Shown here: in pieces, positions 15,477-24,641 of the stretch | Numbering within the stretch: position 1 is the stretch's first letter | Layout: each line of letters opens with the position of its first letter | Assembly (NCBI GenBank): GCA_042217545.1 | Contig: JBDGSM010000080.1 | Span: forward strand, 1 to 26,280 | From: Candidatus Nanohalobium sp. | Lineage (GTDB): Archaea > Nanohalarchaeota > Nanosalinia > Nanosalinales > Nanosalinaceae | Direction of reading: 5' to 3' | DNA: 26,280 nt | The notes under the pieces: generated by a model | Database searches by the model: none | What the model was told of the DNA's origin: nothing | Seen by the model: only the letters and a program-made list of their open reading frames with translations | Program-made: the position numbers and the translations under genes

Positions 15477-18047
15477 ATGGAGAACGTTCTCTGGTTCGAA
15501 AACATTACCGCAGATGATACAGACAAAGTCGGAGGAAAAAGCGCAAATCTTGGAGAGCTGAGCAATGAGGTGGACGTACCTGTTCTGCCAGGCTACGCCA
15601 CGACGGCAGATGCCTACGATAGCTTTATACATGATACAGATCTGAGAGATAAACTTGAGAGGCTTCTGGACGGTCTTGATACCGATGATGTCAACGATCT
15701 TCAGAGGCGTGGCGAACAGATCCGCTCCCATATAAAGGAGGCGGATATGCCCGAAGATCTGAGGGAGAGCTTCGTTGAGGCCTACGAACAGCTTGAAGAG
15801 AAACTGGGAGTTGACAACCCGGAAGTAGCTGTTCGTTCATCGGCGACTGCCGAGGATCTGCCAGGATCTTCTTTCGCAGGCCAGCAGGAGACCTATCTGA
15901 ATGTACAGGGCAAGCAGGATCTGATCAAGAGGATCAAGGACTGCTATGCCTCGCTGTTTACGAACCGTGCTATCAGCTACCGTGAGGACAAAGGCTTCAA
16001 CCACTTTGATGTGAAGCTGAGCGCAGTGGTCCAGAAGATGGGACGCTCGGATATCGGAGCCGCGGGAGTAATGTTCACACTCGACCCAGACTCAGGTTTC
16101 GACAACGTTGTAACGATCAACGGCAGCTACGGCCTGGGAGAGTACGTCGTCCTGGGAGAGGTCAACCCGGACGAGTTCACAGTCTTCAAGGAGAACATAG
16201 GCATAATAGAGAAAAAACTTGGCGATAAAGAGATCAAGCTGGTCAGAGACGACGAGAACGATGACAACGATAACAAGGAGGAGAAAGTTCCTCAAGAGGA
16301 CCGGGAAAAGTTCTGCATAACAGATAACCAGGTGCAGGAACTGGCCAAGTACGCCCTTGAGATTGAGGACCACTACGGAAAGCCAATGGATATCGAATGG
16401 GTTTTCGATGGTCAGACCAAGGAACTTTACATTGTCCAGGCAAGGCCTGAGACGGTTCAGGCGGAGAAGGATGAGAACATAATAGAGGACTACAAGCTGG
16501 AGGAAGAATCCGAGGTAGTCCTTGAAGGAGAGGCCATCGGCTCGAAGATCGGGAACGGTACGGCACATGTTCTCAACAGTCCGAAGCAGATCGACCAGTT
16601 CGAGGAGGGAGAAGTACTTGTAACAGACATGACCGATCCTGACTGGGAGCCGATCATGAAAAAAGCAGGCGCCATTATCACCAACAAGGGAGGCCGTACC
16701 TCCCACGCAGCAATTGTCTCCAGGGAACTCGGCGTTCCTGCAGTCATCGGAACAGAGAACGCGACTTCCCAGCTCAAGGACGGACAGGACGTAACAGTTG
16801 ACTGCTCATCCTCCACAGGAAAGGTGTGGGACGGAGAACTCAACTTCGAGGTAAACGAACATCACCTGGGTGAGATACCGGACACCGAGACCGACGTACA
16901 GGTAAACATCGGAGAGCCGAGCGAGGTATTCCATGTCGCCCAGCTACCGGTAGAAGGAGTAGGCCTCGCAAGAGAAGAGTTCATAATATCTTCACATGTA
17001 GGTGAACACCCACTGAAGCTTATCGAGGAAGGCCGTGAGGACGAGTACGTTGAGGCCCTTAGAAGTGGTATCGGAAAGATTGGCGCAGCTTTCTATCCTG
17101 ACCAGGTAGTAGTCCGTCTAAGCGACTTCAAATCAGATGAGTACGCAGAACTGAAAGGCGGGGAGGACTACGAGCCAGATGAGGCGAACCCTATGCTCGG
17201 TTTCAGGGGCGCCTCCCGTTACTACGATGAAGAGTTCCAGAAGGCCTTTGAACTGGAATGTAAGGCCCTGCGCCAGGCCATCGACGACCTGGAACTTGAC
17301 AACCTGACCATCATGGTTCCGTTCTGCCGTACGATCGAGGAAGGGAAGAACGTCCGTGCGAAGATGAAAGAGTACGGCCTGGACGAAGGCGATATAGAGG
17401 TCTACGTCATGGCCGAGATCCCGGCAAACATTGTGAGAGCTGAGGATTTCTCGGAGGTCTTCGACGGCTTCAGCATCGGAACCAACGACCTGACACAGCT
17501 CACTCTGGGCGTGGACAGGAACTCGGACAAGCTTTCCGAGATCTTTGATGAGAGAGATCCCGCAGTCAAGGAATCTGTCAGGACGCTGATTGAGAAAGCA
17601 CATAGAAAGGATAGACACGTGGGCATCTGTGGAGACGCACCAAGCACACATGACGGCTATGCAAAATTCCTTGTGGACCAGGGAATAGATGCTATCTCGG
17701 TCTCACCAGATGTAGCACTGGAAACCATCCTGAAGGTAGCAGACGCTGAGGAAGAACGTGGAGAAATCGACCACAGCTCAGGCAGCGAGGCCTCCAAATC
17801 AGTGGATGTTGATGTCCAGCAGCTTGACTCTCTTTCAGTAGAAGAGATCGGGCAGTCCGCAGGCGAAGTCTACGAGACACTGAACAAGCACGGCAAAGCT
17901 ACCGCTTCAAAGCTCAAGGAGTACACGGACGACCTTGACTCGGAGAAAGTGATGAATCAGGCCCTTGGATGGCTCGCCAGGGAAGGAAAGATAGAAGTAG
18001 AAGTAAAGAAGAACGGTGAAATGAAGTACCGGCTTGAATCCGAGTAA
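15477..18047 (+). CDS. ppsA: Phosphoenolpyruvate synthase with a C-terminal wHTH extension
   Basis: VGGKSANLGE, VAVRSSATAED, SFAGQQET, DIEW, QARPET, GGRTSHAAI (catalytic His), EANPMLGFRG, SIGTNDLTQ, GICG. Confidence 0.97.
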   Translation: MENVLWFENITADDTDKVGGKSANLGELSNEVDVPVLPGYATTADAYDSFIHDTDLRDKLERLLDGLDTDDVNDLQRRGEQIRSHIKEADMPEDLRESFVEAYEQLEEKLGVDNPEVAVRSSATAEDLPGSSFAGQQETYLNVQGKQDLIKRIKDCYASLFTNRAISYREDKGFNHFDVKLSAVVQKMGRSDIGAAGVMFTLDPDSGFDNVVTINGSYGLGEYVVLGEVNPDEFTVFKENIGIIEKKLGDKEIKLVRDDENDDNDNKEEKVPQEDREKFCITDNQVQELAKYALEIEDHYGKPMDIEWVFDGQTKELYIVQARPETVQAEKDENIIEDYKLEEESEVVLEGEAIGSKIGNGTAHVLNSPKQIDQFEEGEVLVTDMTDPDWEPIMKKAGAIITNKGGRTSHAAIVSRELGVPAVIGTENATSQLKDGQDVTVDCSSSTGKVWDGELNFEVNEHHLGEIPDTETDVQVNIGEPSEVFHVAQLPVEGVGLAREEFIISSHVGEHPLKLIEEGREDEYVEALRSGIGKIGAAFYPDQVVVRLSDFKSDEYAELKGGEDYEPDEANPMLGFRGASRYYDEEFQKAFELECKALRQAIDDLELDNLTIMVPFCRTIEEGKNVRAKMKEYGLDEGDIEVYVMAEIPANIVRAEDFSEVFDGFSIGTNDLTQLTLGVDRNSDKLSEIFDERDPAVKESVRTLIEKAHRKDRHVGICGDAPSTHDGYAKFLVDQGIDAISVSPDVALETILKVADAEEERGEIDHSSGSEASKSVDVDVQQLDSLSVEEIGQSAGEVYETLNKHGKATASKLKEYTDDLDSEKVMNQALGWLAREGKIEVEVKKNGEMKYRLESE

Positions 18048-18056
18048 AAAGGCCTT

Positions 18057-18476
18057 TTACCGGAAACTTATCACTTTTTCTTTTACCTTCTTCCCGTTGT
18101 GCTGGACTTCAACAATGTATCTGCCGCCCGGAATTACGTCGGTGTGCGCTCTGTACTCTGCAAGGCCCAGACACTGGTTTACATAGTCCGTAGGCTGCTT
18201 TCCGTCTTCTGCCTTCACGTTCAGCAGTATTTCTCCGTCCGATACCTTGTACGTGTAGGAGAGATCGGATTCTGTGTTGTTGATAGGGAACTGTCCTTCA
18301 AAAGTAAGTCTTTTCCCGTTAGGATGAACCCCTATGTTCGATGCTTCCTTCCTGTTGTACCTGCACGCCGTCTCCAAATCTGTGAAGTTTATACCTGCTG
18401 CGGTTTGATTTCCTAGAAGGATTAACGCTATTCCGATAACGACCAGAGTTCCTGCTGCCCCCCAAAACTTTGACAT
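18057..18476 (-). CDS. Hypothetical secreted or membrane-anchored protein
   Basis: N-terminal hydrophobic helix, two Cys, beta-rich body. Confidence 0.75.
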   Translation of the reverse strand: MSKFWGAAGTLVVIGIALILLGNQTAAGINFTDLETACRYNRKEASNIGVHPNGKRLTFEGQFPINNTESDLSYTYKVSDGEILLNVKAEDGKQPTDYVNQCLGLAEYRAHTDVIPGGRYIVEVQHNGKKVKEKVISFR

Positions 18477-18588
18477 GGTTACTCTTGGGCAGTAAATTGT
18501 TTTAAACTCTTTGGAGTGACAATTCAGGCCTCAGTGGTCGCCTCTAATTGATAGGATTTATTAACATCTACCGGATAATACTTAAACA

Positions 18589-18994
18589 ATGAGCAGGGAG
18601 AGTTATCGGCCTGATCTCGGGGAAAGGAGGCGCAGGAAAGACAAGCCTCGGCGTAAACCTTTCTATAGCGTTGAAACAGCTTGGAAACGAAGTAGAGTTG
18701 ATAGATGCCGATTTCGATGCCTCAAACCTGGGAGTGTACCTGGGGAGATACGATCATCCCGTCAAGTTCCAGGACGTACTCGCAGGAGACTCGGAAGCCG
18801 AGTCCGCAATCTTCAGACATCCTACGGGGATCAAAGCAGTAGTCTCCTCCAACAATATCGATAAGACGGAGCCAGACACTGCAAACTTCAAAGACATGAT
18901 AGACACGGCAGCTGACGAATCAGACTACGTTATAGTAGACGGGCCTCCAGGCCTCAACGACACAGTAGAGACATTGATCGCTGCATGCGACGAG
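18589..18994 (+). pseudogene. minD: MinD/ParA-family ATPase, frameshifted at the start and 3'-truncated
   Basis: ATG-A-GCA-GGG-AGA-GTT: removing 1 nt gives MAGRVIGLISGKGGAGKTS (deviant Walker A), then LIDAD and YVIVDGPPG. Similarity stops at IAACDE. TTTATTAA box lies 25 nt upstream. Confidence 0.8.
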
Positions 18995-19069
18995 GAGGAC
19001 TTTTCCCAGTTCTCTTTTGTCCACTCTTTACTTTTCAGGTATCTTTTCCGCCCAGGTAACTACGTCCAT
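18985..19069 (-). pseudogene. 5' remnant of a convergent gene with an in-frame stop
   Basis: ATG 19069 lies 27 nt below TTTATAAA (19096-19103). It reads MDVVTWAEKIPEK*RVDKRELGKVLLVA and runs into the minD remnant. Confidence 0.45.
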
Positions 19070-19176
19070 CTATATGTGCTTTACCGGTTCTCTTGTTTAT
19101 AAACTGTTTTCCGAGGGCTTCCTGACCGAGACTTGAGGTAACAGCTTTAAGGATGAGGCTTCCCTATATTCCTGTT

Positions 19177-19578
19177 ATGGGACTTAAACTTTGGATGGTT
19201 TTTGAAGCCGTCGCAGCTAGTGAAGATGCTGTTGAAGGCTCTCTTCAGGATCACGTGGAGAAACTTGGGAGAGAGGACGAGGTAGAGATTACTGAGGAGC
19301 AGACTGAGGAGGTTTCCAAGGTGGAGAATCCTCACCCTGACCTTGAAGAAGGTTACTCGCAGGTTTCAGAAGTAAGAGCTGACGTGGATAGTTTTACGAA
19401 GGCCATCAATCTTGTGCTTCACTACGGACCGACCTATGTTCAGATAGAGGGGCCTGATCAGTACGAGATGGATCTGAAGGAGAGCCAGGAGTCTCTGCAG
19501 AAGGTCGCAAACACTATGCAGCAGTACGCCCAGAAAGGCCTGGGAGGAGTACTGGTTTCAAAAACTTCGCAAGAATAG
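19177..19578 (+). CDS. Conserved hypothetical acidic archaeal protein
   Basis: Typical acidic composition. Start ATG 19177 chosen because CTTTAAG lies about 26 nt upstream. Confidence 0.75.
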   Translation: MGLKLWMVFEAVAASEDAVEGSLQDHVEKLGREDEVEITEEQTEEVSKVENPHPDLEEGYSQVSEVRADVDSFTKAINLVLHYGPTYVQIEGPDQYEMDLKESQESLQKVANTMQQYAQKGLGGVLVSKTSQE

Positions 19579-19593
19579 GACTTAGAGGATACT

Positions 19594-20487
19594 ATGAAGA
19601 AGTTGCTCGTCGTCTTTGCTGTTCTAGCATTCAGTTTTTCAGCTTCAGCTACCTTGATCCCCCGGCAGAACGTTACCGTGGACCTGGATAACTCCAGGGT
19701 GAATGTGAGCATGAGGGTTAAGGATATGACCTCTTCAGGCTTCTACTACACCAGCAGCTATCCCGTGAAGGGGGATGTAGAGGCATCTGTAGGTAACGAG
19801 TCACTTGACTGCAATAGCAAGATGCTTCCTCCTGGAAGCTATATCACCTGTGATACCACCAGGGAGAACTTTACCATTCATTTCTCTTACCTGGCTGAAG
19901 GCCTTACAAGCCAGCGTAGTGGTGTGAAGATCTTCAGGTATACGCAGAGCATCCAGAGGCCTACAGAAGAGTTCATGTTGCGGGTTTACCTGCCGCGGGG
20001 TTCAGGCCTTGTCGACGGCTCAAATGTTTCTCTGCCTGTTATCAGTCCTGATTCAGGCCTTTCCGGTACTGACGGTCGGAGGATCTATGTGGAGTGGGCG
20101 AGTTCTCCTGATCTCGGTCAGGCAAGTTTCCAGGCTCTTTACAGGCCTGTATCCGGTGATGCTTCCGGTGATGGTCCTTCACTTATGTGGGTTGTACCTC
20201 TTGGCGTATTTGCTTTGTTGATCGGCGGAGGGGTTTTCATCGTCCTGAAGAGCAGAAGGGATATAGAGGAGGCTTACGAGGATCTTTCCGAGGATGAGAA
20301 GGATGTGCTGGATATGATCCGTGAGAATGAGAACTCCATGCTTCAGAAAGACATCGTAGATCAGTCAGAGTATTCCAAAGCCAAGATTTCCAGTGTTATC
20401 TCAGGCCTTGAGGATAATGGGATAGTTAAGAAGAGTAAGGAGGGCAGGAGCAACAAGGTTTCGATTTCACGGAAGTATACGATCTAG
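19594..20487 (+). CDS. Membrane-anchored protein with C-terminal MarR-like wHTH (COG2512-like)
   Basis: Signal peptide, extracellular beta domain, TM helix, then LSEDEKDVL...LQKDIV...SKAKISSVISGLEDNGIVKKSKEGRSN. Confidence 0.85.
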   Translation: MKKLLVVFAVLAFSFSASATLIPRQNVTVDLDNSRVNVSMRVKDMTSSGFYYTSSYPVKGDVEASVGNESLDCNSKMLPPGSYITCDTTRENFTIHFSYLAEGLTSQRSGVKIFRYTQSIQRPTEEFMLRVYLPRGSGLVDGSNVSLPVISPDSGLSGTDGRRIYVEWASSPDLGQASFQALYRPVSGDASGDGPSLMWVVPLGVFALLIGGGVFIVLKSRRDIEEAYEDLSEDEKDVLDMIRENENSMLQKDIVDQSEYSKAKISSVISGLEDNGIVKKSKEGRSNKVSISRKYTI

Positions 20488-20807
20488 TTGCTTACGCTTA
20501 TCGGTATGAGTTGTGATACGCCTTTGTAGCTGTGTCTGCACACGCATTTAAGCTGTGAGCTTTTCTTGACTTCTTTTGAAAGGTTTACCTTTACTATACC
20601 AGGCTGGAAGCAGGCGATGGCCCCAGAGAAGTTTCTTTTCTGTGCCACCTGTGATTCTATCCTGTCGCAGTAGGTCTGTCCGTTGGAGGCTTTTTTCTTG
20701 ACGATTTTTGCGGATGTGAAGCCTGCCGTAAGACCTATAAGTGCTATGAGTGCGAGGCCTATGATCTTCCTGGCGTCCAGAACCTGTCTTATTTCAGGCT
20801 GTAGCAT
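20484..20807 (-). CDS. Small basic membrane-anchored protein with 4 Cys
   Basis: TM helix IIGLALIALIGLTAGF and C...C...CVC; overlaps the upstream gene. Start is uncertain. Confidence 0.7.
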   Translation of the reverse strand: MLQPEIRQVLDARKIIGLALIALIGLTAGFTSAKIVKKKASNGQTYCDRIESQVAQKRNFSGAIACFQPGIVKVNLSKEVKKSSQLKCVCRHSYKGVSQLIPISVSN

Positions 20808-21459
20808 TTGGTGTTGATTCCTCGTTCATCAGGTTCTTGAGCTGTTTCAGGGGTATGTACTTCCTGTAGGTGCGGTTGCCGTTTATGACTATTGTCGGTC
20901 CGCCGGTTACGTTGAAGTCGGATTTGAGTACTTCAAGGACCTTGGAGTTGTCGACTGCCAGGTTGAAGGAGAATATGCTCGTGGAGTTGTCGACTTCCTT
21001 CCTGTACTGTGTGAGGACTGCTCCCTGTCGTTTGGAGGCTATGTCTCCATCGAAGAAGAACAGGATCGAGTCCATCTTGGCTCTGCATCTGTCTCTGTAC
21101 TGATCAATCGTGTTGTAAAGTCTTAGCTGGCTTACGTAGTATCTCCGTCTCAGCAGCTTATATCTTGAGGCCTTGCTTACCCCTTTGCTGGAGAACTGCT
21201 CAAGGCTTGTACCTATCTCCGCATTGTTTTCGCCCATCTGAGGTATCTCTTTTCTTACAAGTTCGCAGTAGTTATCGCTGGTGTCTAGGTAGTTCTGGAC
21301 CGCCATTATGGTCTGGGCGTTTACAGAGGCCTCCGATATTCTGTTGGAGACGTATCCTGTTCTCATGTCGTCCATCTGGAGGCCTGCGAGAAGGCCTATT
21401 AACAGGACCATTATGGTGACTGCTGCAGCTTTCATCAGGGATTTCTGAATCAGGTCCAT
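20794..21459 (-). CDS. Membrane-anchored protein with C-terminal thioredoxin-like fold (no CxxC)
   Basis: N-terminal TM helix, helical region, then ILFFF...FNVTGGPTIVING cis-Pro-like motif. Confidence 0.7.
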   Translation of the reverse strand: MDLIQKSLMKAAAVTIMVLLIGLLAGLQMDDMRTGYVSNRISEASVNAQTIMAVQNYLDTSDNYCELVRKEIPQMGENNAEIGTSLEQFSSKGVSKASRYKLLRRRYYVSQLRLYNTIDQYRDRCRAKMDSILFFFDGDIASKRQGAVLTQYRKEVDNSTSIFSFNLAVDNSKVLEVLKSDFNVTGGPTIVINGNRTYRKYIPLKQLKNLMNEESTPNATA

Positions 21460-22679
21460 GTTTTCTTACTGCCTACCAGCTCTTTTAAAATAGCAGCCAT
21501 CCAGAAGAACCCTTTCAGCATGAAGAATAAGAAGAAGTAGAATGCCAGTGAAAGGACGTTTCCGATCTTCATGTCGGATTCGCTGTATGCTATCTTGAGT
21601 TCGTAGGCGGAGAAGCCGAGACTCGCTACTAGAGGTATGTATACAACTACGGATATGCCGAGAAGACTTCTGGTAAGTTTTCCGAACTGCGGGAGTGGGT
21701 TCTGCAGGCCTGTCGTGGACAACTGTATTCCAAGGTTGAATAGGCCCTGGAACCATCCTATGGCGACTAGCCAGAATCCTATTATGCTTAGGACCGGCAG
21801 TACTAGCTGGATAGGTAGCTGGAATCTTCCAAACCAGCCGTATTCCTTGTTGAATATCATGTCTCTTTTTTCGTATGCGTTGCGGATGAATCCGCGTGCC
21901 CAGCGGACTCTCTGGCTGTAAAGTTGTTTGAAAGTCTTTGGGAACTCTGTCTGGGCGGATTCCTGGAAGGCCATCTCTATGGATTTTCCGTCCTTTCTTA
22001 TCCGCCATGCGAGTTCAAGGTCTTCTGTAAGGTTGTCTTCGTCGAAGCCTCCGAGGTTCTTGACCTGTTCTGTGCGGTACATGGAGAAAGCTCCTGGCGT
22101 GATGTCCAGTACGTCTATGTGCGACATCAGGTTTCTGTAGAAGTTGGTTAGTGTGTATTCGATTATCTGGAGCTTCTGGAAGAATGTTTCGGTTTCCAGA
22201 GGCCTTATAGAGGTTATTACTGCGCCGGTATCGGTGTTTGACTCCATCTTGGCTACTGATTCAATTATGAGCTGGCTGTCGATCTTTGAGTCCGCGTCCT
22301 GTACGATCATGTACTCCGAATCTGCGTTCTCCAGTGCTGTGTTGAGGGCTTCTCCTTTACCTCTGTTTTCCGGGTGCTGGATGAGTTTCAGCCTTGGATC
22401 CTCCCGGTACTGCTCCGCTTTCTGATAGGTGCTGTCGGATGATCCGTCATCTACAAAGATTATCTCAAGGTTCTCGTACTCTATATCCAGTGCACTTTCC
22501 AGCGCCCCTTCTACAACGCCTTCCTCGTTGTACGCCGGCATCAGGATGGAAACTTTTGGCTCTGTCTCAAGCTCCCTTGCTTCCACTTCGTTGATCGGGA
22601 CATTGTTATACACGTTCATGTAGAACGCGACCATAAAGAGGGATGACCCGATCAGCAACCAGGCAAGCCATACAAGCAT
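21450..22679 (-). CDS. Processive GT2 glycosyltransferase (cellulose/PNAG synthase-like)
   Basis: PAYNEE, DDGSSD, GKGEALN, QDADS, TEDLE and QRVRW (D,D,D,QxxRW set) plus C-terminal TM helices. Confidence 0.92.
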   Translation of the reverse strand: MLVWLAWLLIGSSLFMVAFYMNVYNNVPINEVEARELETEPKVSILMPAYNEEGVVEGALESALDIEYENLEIIFVDDGSSDSTYQKAEQYREDPRLKLIQHPENRGKGEALNTALENADSEYMIVQDADSKIDSQLIIESVAKMESNTDTGAVITSIRPLETETFFQKLQIIEYTLTNFYRNLMSHIDVLDITPGAFSMYRTEQVKNLGGFDEDNLTEDLELAWRIRKDGKSIEMAFQESAQTEFPKTFKQLYSQRVRWARGFIRNAYEKRDMIFNKEYGWFGRFQLPIQLVLPVLSIIGFWLVAIGWFQGLFNLGIQLSTTGLQNPLPQFGKLTRSLLGISVVVYIPLVASLGFSAYELKIAYSESDMKIGNVLSLAFYFFLFFMLKGFFWMAAILKELVGSKKTWT

Positions 22680-22712
22680 AACAATTGAATTATAAGAAGT
22701 TACAGATTTAAA

Positions 22713-23921
22713 CTAGTTCTTTTGCAACTCCCTAAGGAAAACCGTCGCATACGTGCCCTTAGGAAGATCAAACTTCACAGTCATCTTGTTTCTGGCCATA
22801 TTCAGGTCGTCCTCGCCTATATCCCGTATCTCAAAGTTCCTGAAGTCAGCGAACGCTCTGCGGTAGCTTCCTTCGGAACGAAGATCAGGCATCTTCTGAA
22901 GCCTGAAGTCCTCCTGGGAAACACCCTCCTCTTCCATGACTTCCGAGATAATATTTTCAGGCCTGTTATCCTTCAGATCGGTCTTGTAACCGACAAGAGG
23001 GATTTCGTACTCTTCATCGTACCATTCGTCCTCTACCAGCCTGGAAAGGGCCTTGTTGAAGAGCCAGGACTGATACGCGTGGACGAACAGTTCCTGGAGG
23101 CCTCGAGGAAGACGCTTGATAGCTCCCTTGTAGTCTCCAGGGTTCTTTGTCAGGTGGTAAAGCAGTGTTTTCTCGTACCTGAACTTTTCAGGGAATCTTT
23201 CTGCTGCTCCTTCGACTTCCCGGGTTTCCCAGAGATCCCGCCTGACCTTTCTGATGCTCTTGTATTCGCTCTCGTAGGGCTTCGCTATATAGGTCCAGAC
23301 CGCCTCCTCGAACTCTCCTCTGAGTATATGTCTTCCTACCTGGTGTGTGATAGGCCTTGAGCTTCCGAAGCGCTGTTCTCCGAAGTAGTTAGGCATCTTT
23401 CCGTCAAGCTGGTCGATTATGCCGAGAGATCTGTTTCTTATGTCTTCCACAGGGAGCTGGAGATCCCTTACCCTTATCTCGAACCTGTTTGCTGAAAGGT
23501 TTCCAAGGCCTATGTGGCCGTCCTTTCCAACCACTTCAAGTTCAAACTCATCTGTGAATATCTGTCTTACGTCTTCTTCGTCTACTCCCTGGACCGAGAT
23601 GTACTGTTCCGTGATCGCTCTCTTGTCCTTGTTTCCCGCGTATCCTATCCTGTCCTTTGAGATGTGAAGCATCTTGGACAGTTTGTCGATCGCGTCCAGA
23701 GTTGTCATGTTCTGCTTTCTCAGCTTGACAACCAGGTGATCTCCTTCGCCGGTGTCGTGGGAGGCCAACTCCTTTACTATGAAATCGTCAACCTGCTCCT
23801 TGATCTCTCCACGGATACCGGGCTTATCTGAGTAATATGCCCAGTCCATCTCCGTGAAGTCCACGTCCGCGAATTCGTCTTCTTCGATACCTTCGTCTAC
23901 CTGTTCCTCTTCTTCTGACAT
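22713..23921 (-). CDS. truD: tRNA pseudouridine(13) synthase TruD
   Basis: DFIVKE, IGYAGNKDKRAITEQ (catalytic Asp), NYFGEQRFG, HAYQSWLFN, FDLPKGTYATVFLRE. Confidence 0.97.
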   Translation of the reverse strand: MSEEEEQVDEGIEEDEFADVDFTEMDWAYYSDKPGIRGEIKEQVDDFIVKELASHDTGEGDHLVVKLRKQNMTTLDAIDKLSKMLHISKDRIGYAGNKDKRAITEQYISVQGVDEEDVRQIFTDEFELEVVGKDGHIGLGNLSANRFEIRVRDLQLPVEDIRNRSLGIIDQLDGKMPNYFGEQRFGSSRPITHQVGRHILRGEFEEAVWTYIAKPYESEYKSIRKVRRDLWETREVEGAAERFPEKFRYEKTLLYHLTKNPGDYKGAIKRLPRGLQELFVHAYQSWLFNKALSRLVEDEWYDEEYEIPLVGYKTDLKDNRPENIISEVMEEEGVSQEDFRLQKMPDLRSEGSYRRAFADFRNFEIRDIGEDDLNMARNKMTVKFDLPKGTYATVFLRELQKN

Positions 23922-23931
23922 TTTATTCCAC

Positions 23932-24285
23932 CTATTCGAGAAGTTTCAAGTCCCTGGTTATACTATCGATTTTGGATTCTTCAGCCGGACCCACTCCTAG
24001 AGCAGTCTTTGTACCTGGCTTAACCTCTGTAAGGCCTGCATCCTTCACGATGGCTGCTGGAACATTGTTCCTCTTCGCTCTACGGAACCTTTCCTGCAGA
24101 TCGCCATCACCCATGTCGAGAACGACCTTCTTCTGTCCTCCAGACTCCCATTCGCCCTGGGCTTCAGAAGAAGCCTTCTTGTACGCCTTCAGAGAGGCGT
24201 GACAGGCCTGAGCTATCATTTTACCTGTGGACATGCCTAGATCAGTTCTCAAAACGATGGCCTGTTTGTGTTGGGACACAGTCAT
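23932..24285 (-). CDS. pth2: Peptidyl-tRNA hydrolase Pth2
   Basis: KQAIVLRTDLGMSTGKMIAQACHA, GQKKVVL, DAGLTEV, TALGVGP, LKLL. Confidence 0.97.
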   Translation of the reverse strand: MTVSQHKQAIVLRTDLGMSTGKMIAQACHASLKAYKKASSEAQGEWESGGQKKVVLDMGDGDLQERFRRAKRNNVPAAIVKDAGLTEVKPGTKTALGVGPAEESKIDSITRDLKLLE

Positions 24286-24447
24286 AATTTGGTCTCTTAT
24301 CGTTTAAAATGTGCTTTCCAGCATTCAAAAGTTGTACCTGAAGTATTTAATACCTTTCGGTAACAACGGATGGAGTTTTGGGCGGATTTTTGTATGCCTC
24401 CACAGATCCCTGACGGCATCCGCTTCAACAATATCTGCTAATGGGTT

Positions 24448-24566
24448 TGGGTCCGCCCAGATTCGAACTGGGGATCTTCGCCTCACTCACTCACTCGTGC
24501 TTGATATCAGCGCTCCACACGATGCGGCTGTAAGGGCGACGTCATAACCAACTAGACCACGGACCC
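24448..24566 (-). tRNA. tRNA-Val(TAC) with a 45-nt intron (24484-24528) at position 37/38; CCA not encoded
   Basis: Acceptor GGGTCCG/CGGACCC-A, D arm GTC...GAC, anticodon stem TCGCC/GGCGA with CT-TAC-A, T arm CCCAG-TTCGAAT-CTGGG. Bulge-helix-bulge helix CTTA/TGAG. Confidence 0.95.
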
Positions 24567-24641
24567 GTTAAACTACCTGCAACACTACATGAGTGTGTTA
24601 ATACTTTAAACTCCATGTTTTAAGAGCGTACTTCAAAGGCC

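Noticed and set aside
16092..17880. Several long antisense ORFs in ppsA (likewise 22722-23360 in truD and 10849-11373 in the adhesin)
   Set aside because: Antisense shadows of strongly biased coding sequence, with no recognisable motifs.
18589..18864. 91-aa Arg-rich ORF
   Set aside because: Wrong-frame product of the frameshifted minD start.
24484..24528. C/D-box guide RNA in the tRNA intron
   Set aside because: It contains CTGA but is too short and has no proper RTGATGA box arrangement.
24311..24547. 78-aa ORF and weak inverted repeats between pth2 and the tRNA
   Set aside because: The ORF runs antisense through tRNA-Val, and the stems (GCGGAT/ATCCGC) are too short to support an ncRNA call.
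24286..24641. Integrated element at tRNA-Val
   Set aside because: No duplicated tRNA end or integrase is seen, and the flanking genes are housekeeping-like.
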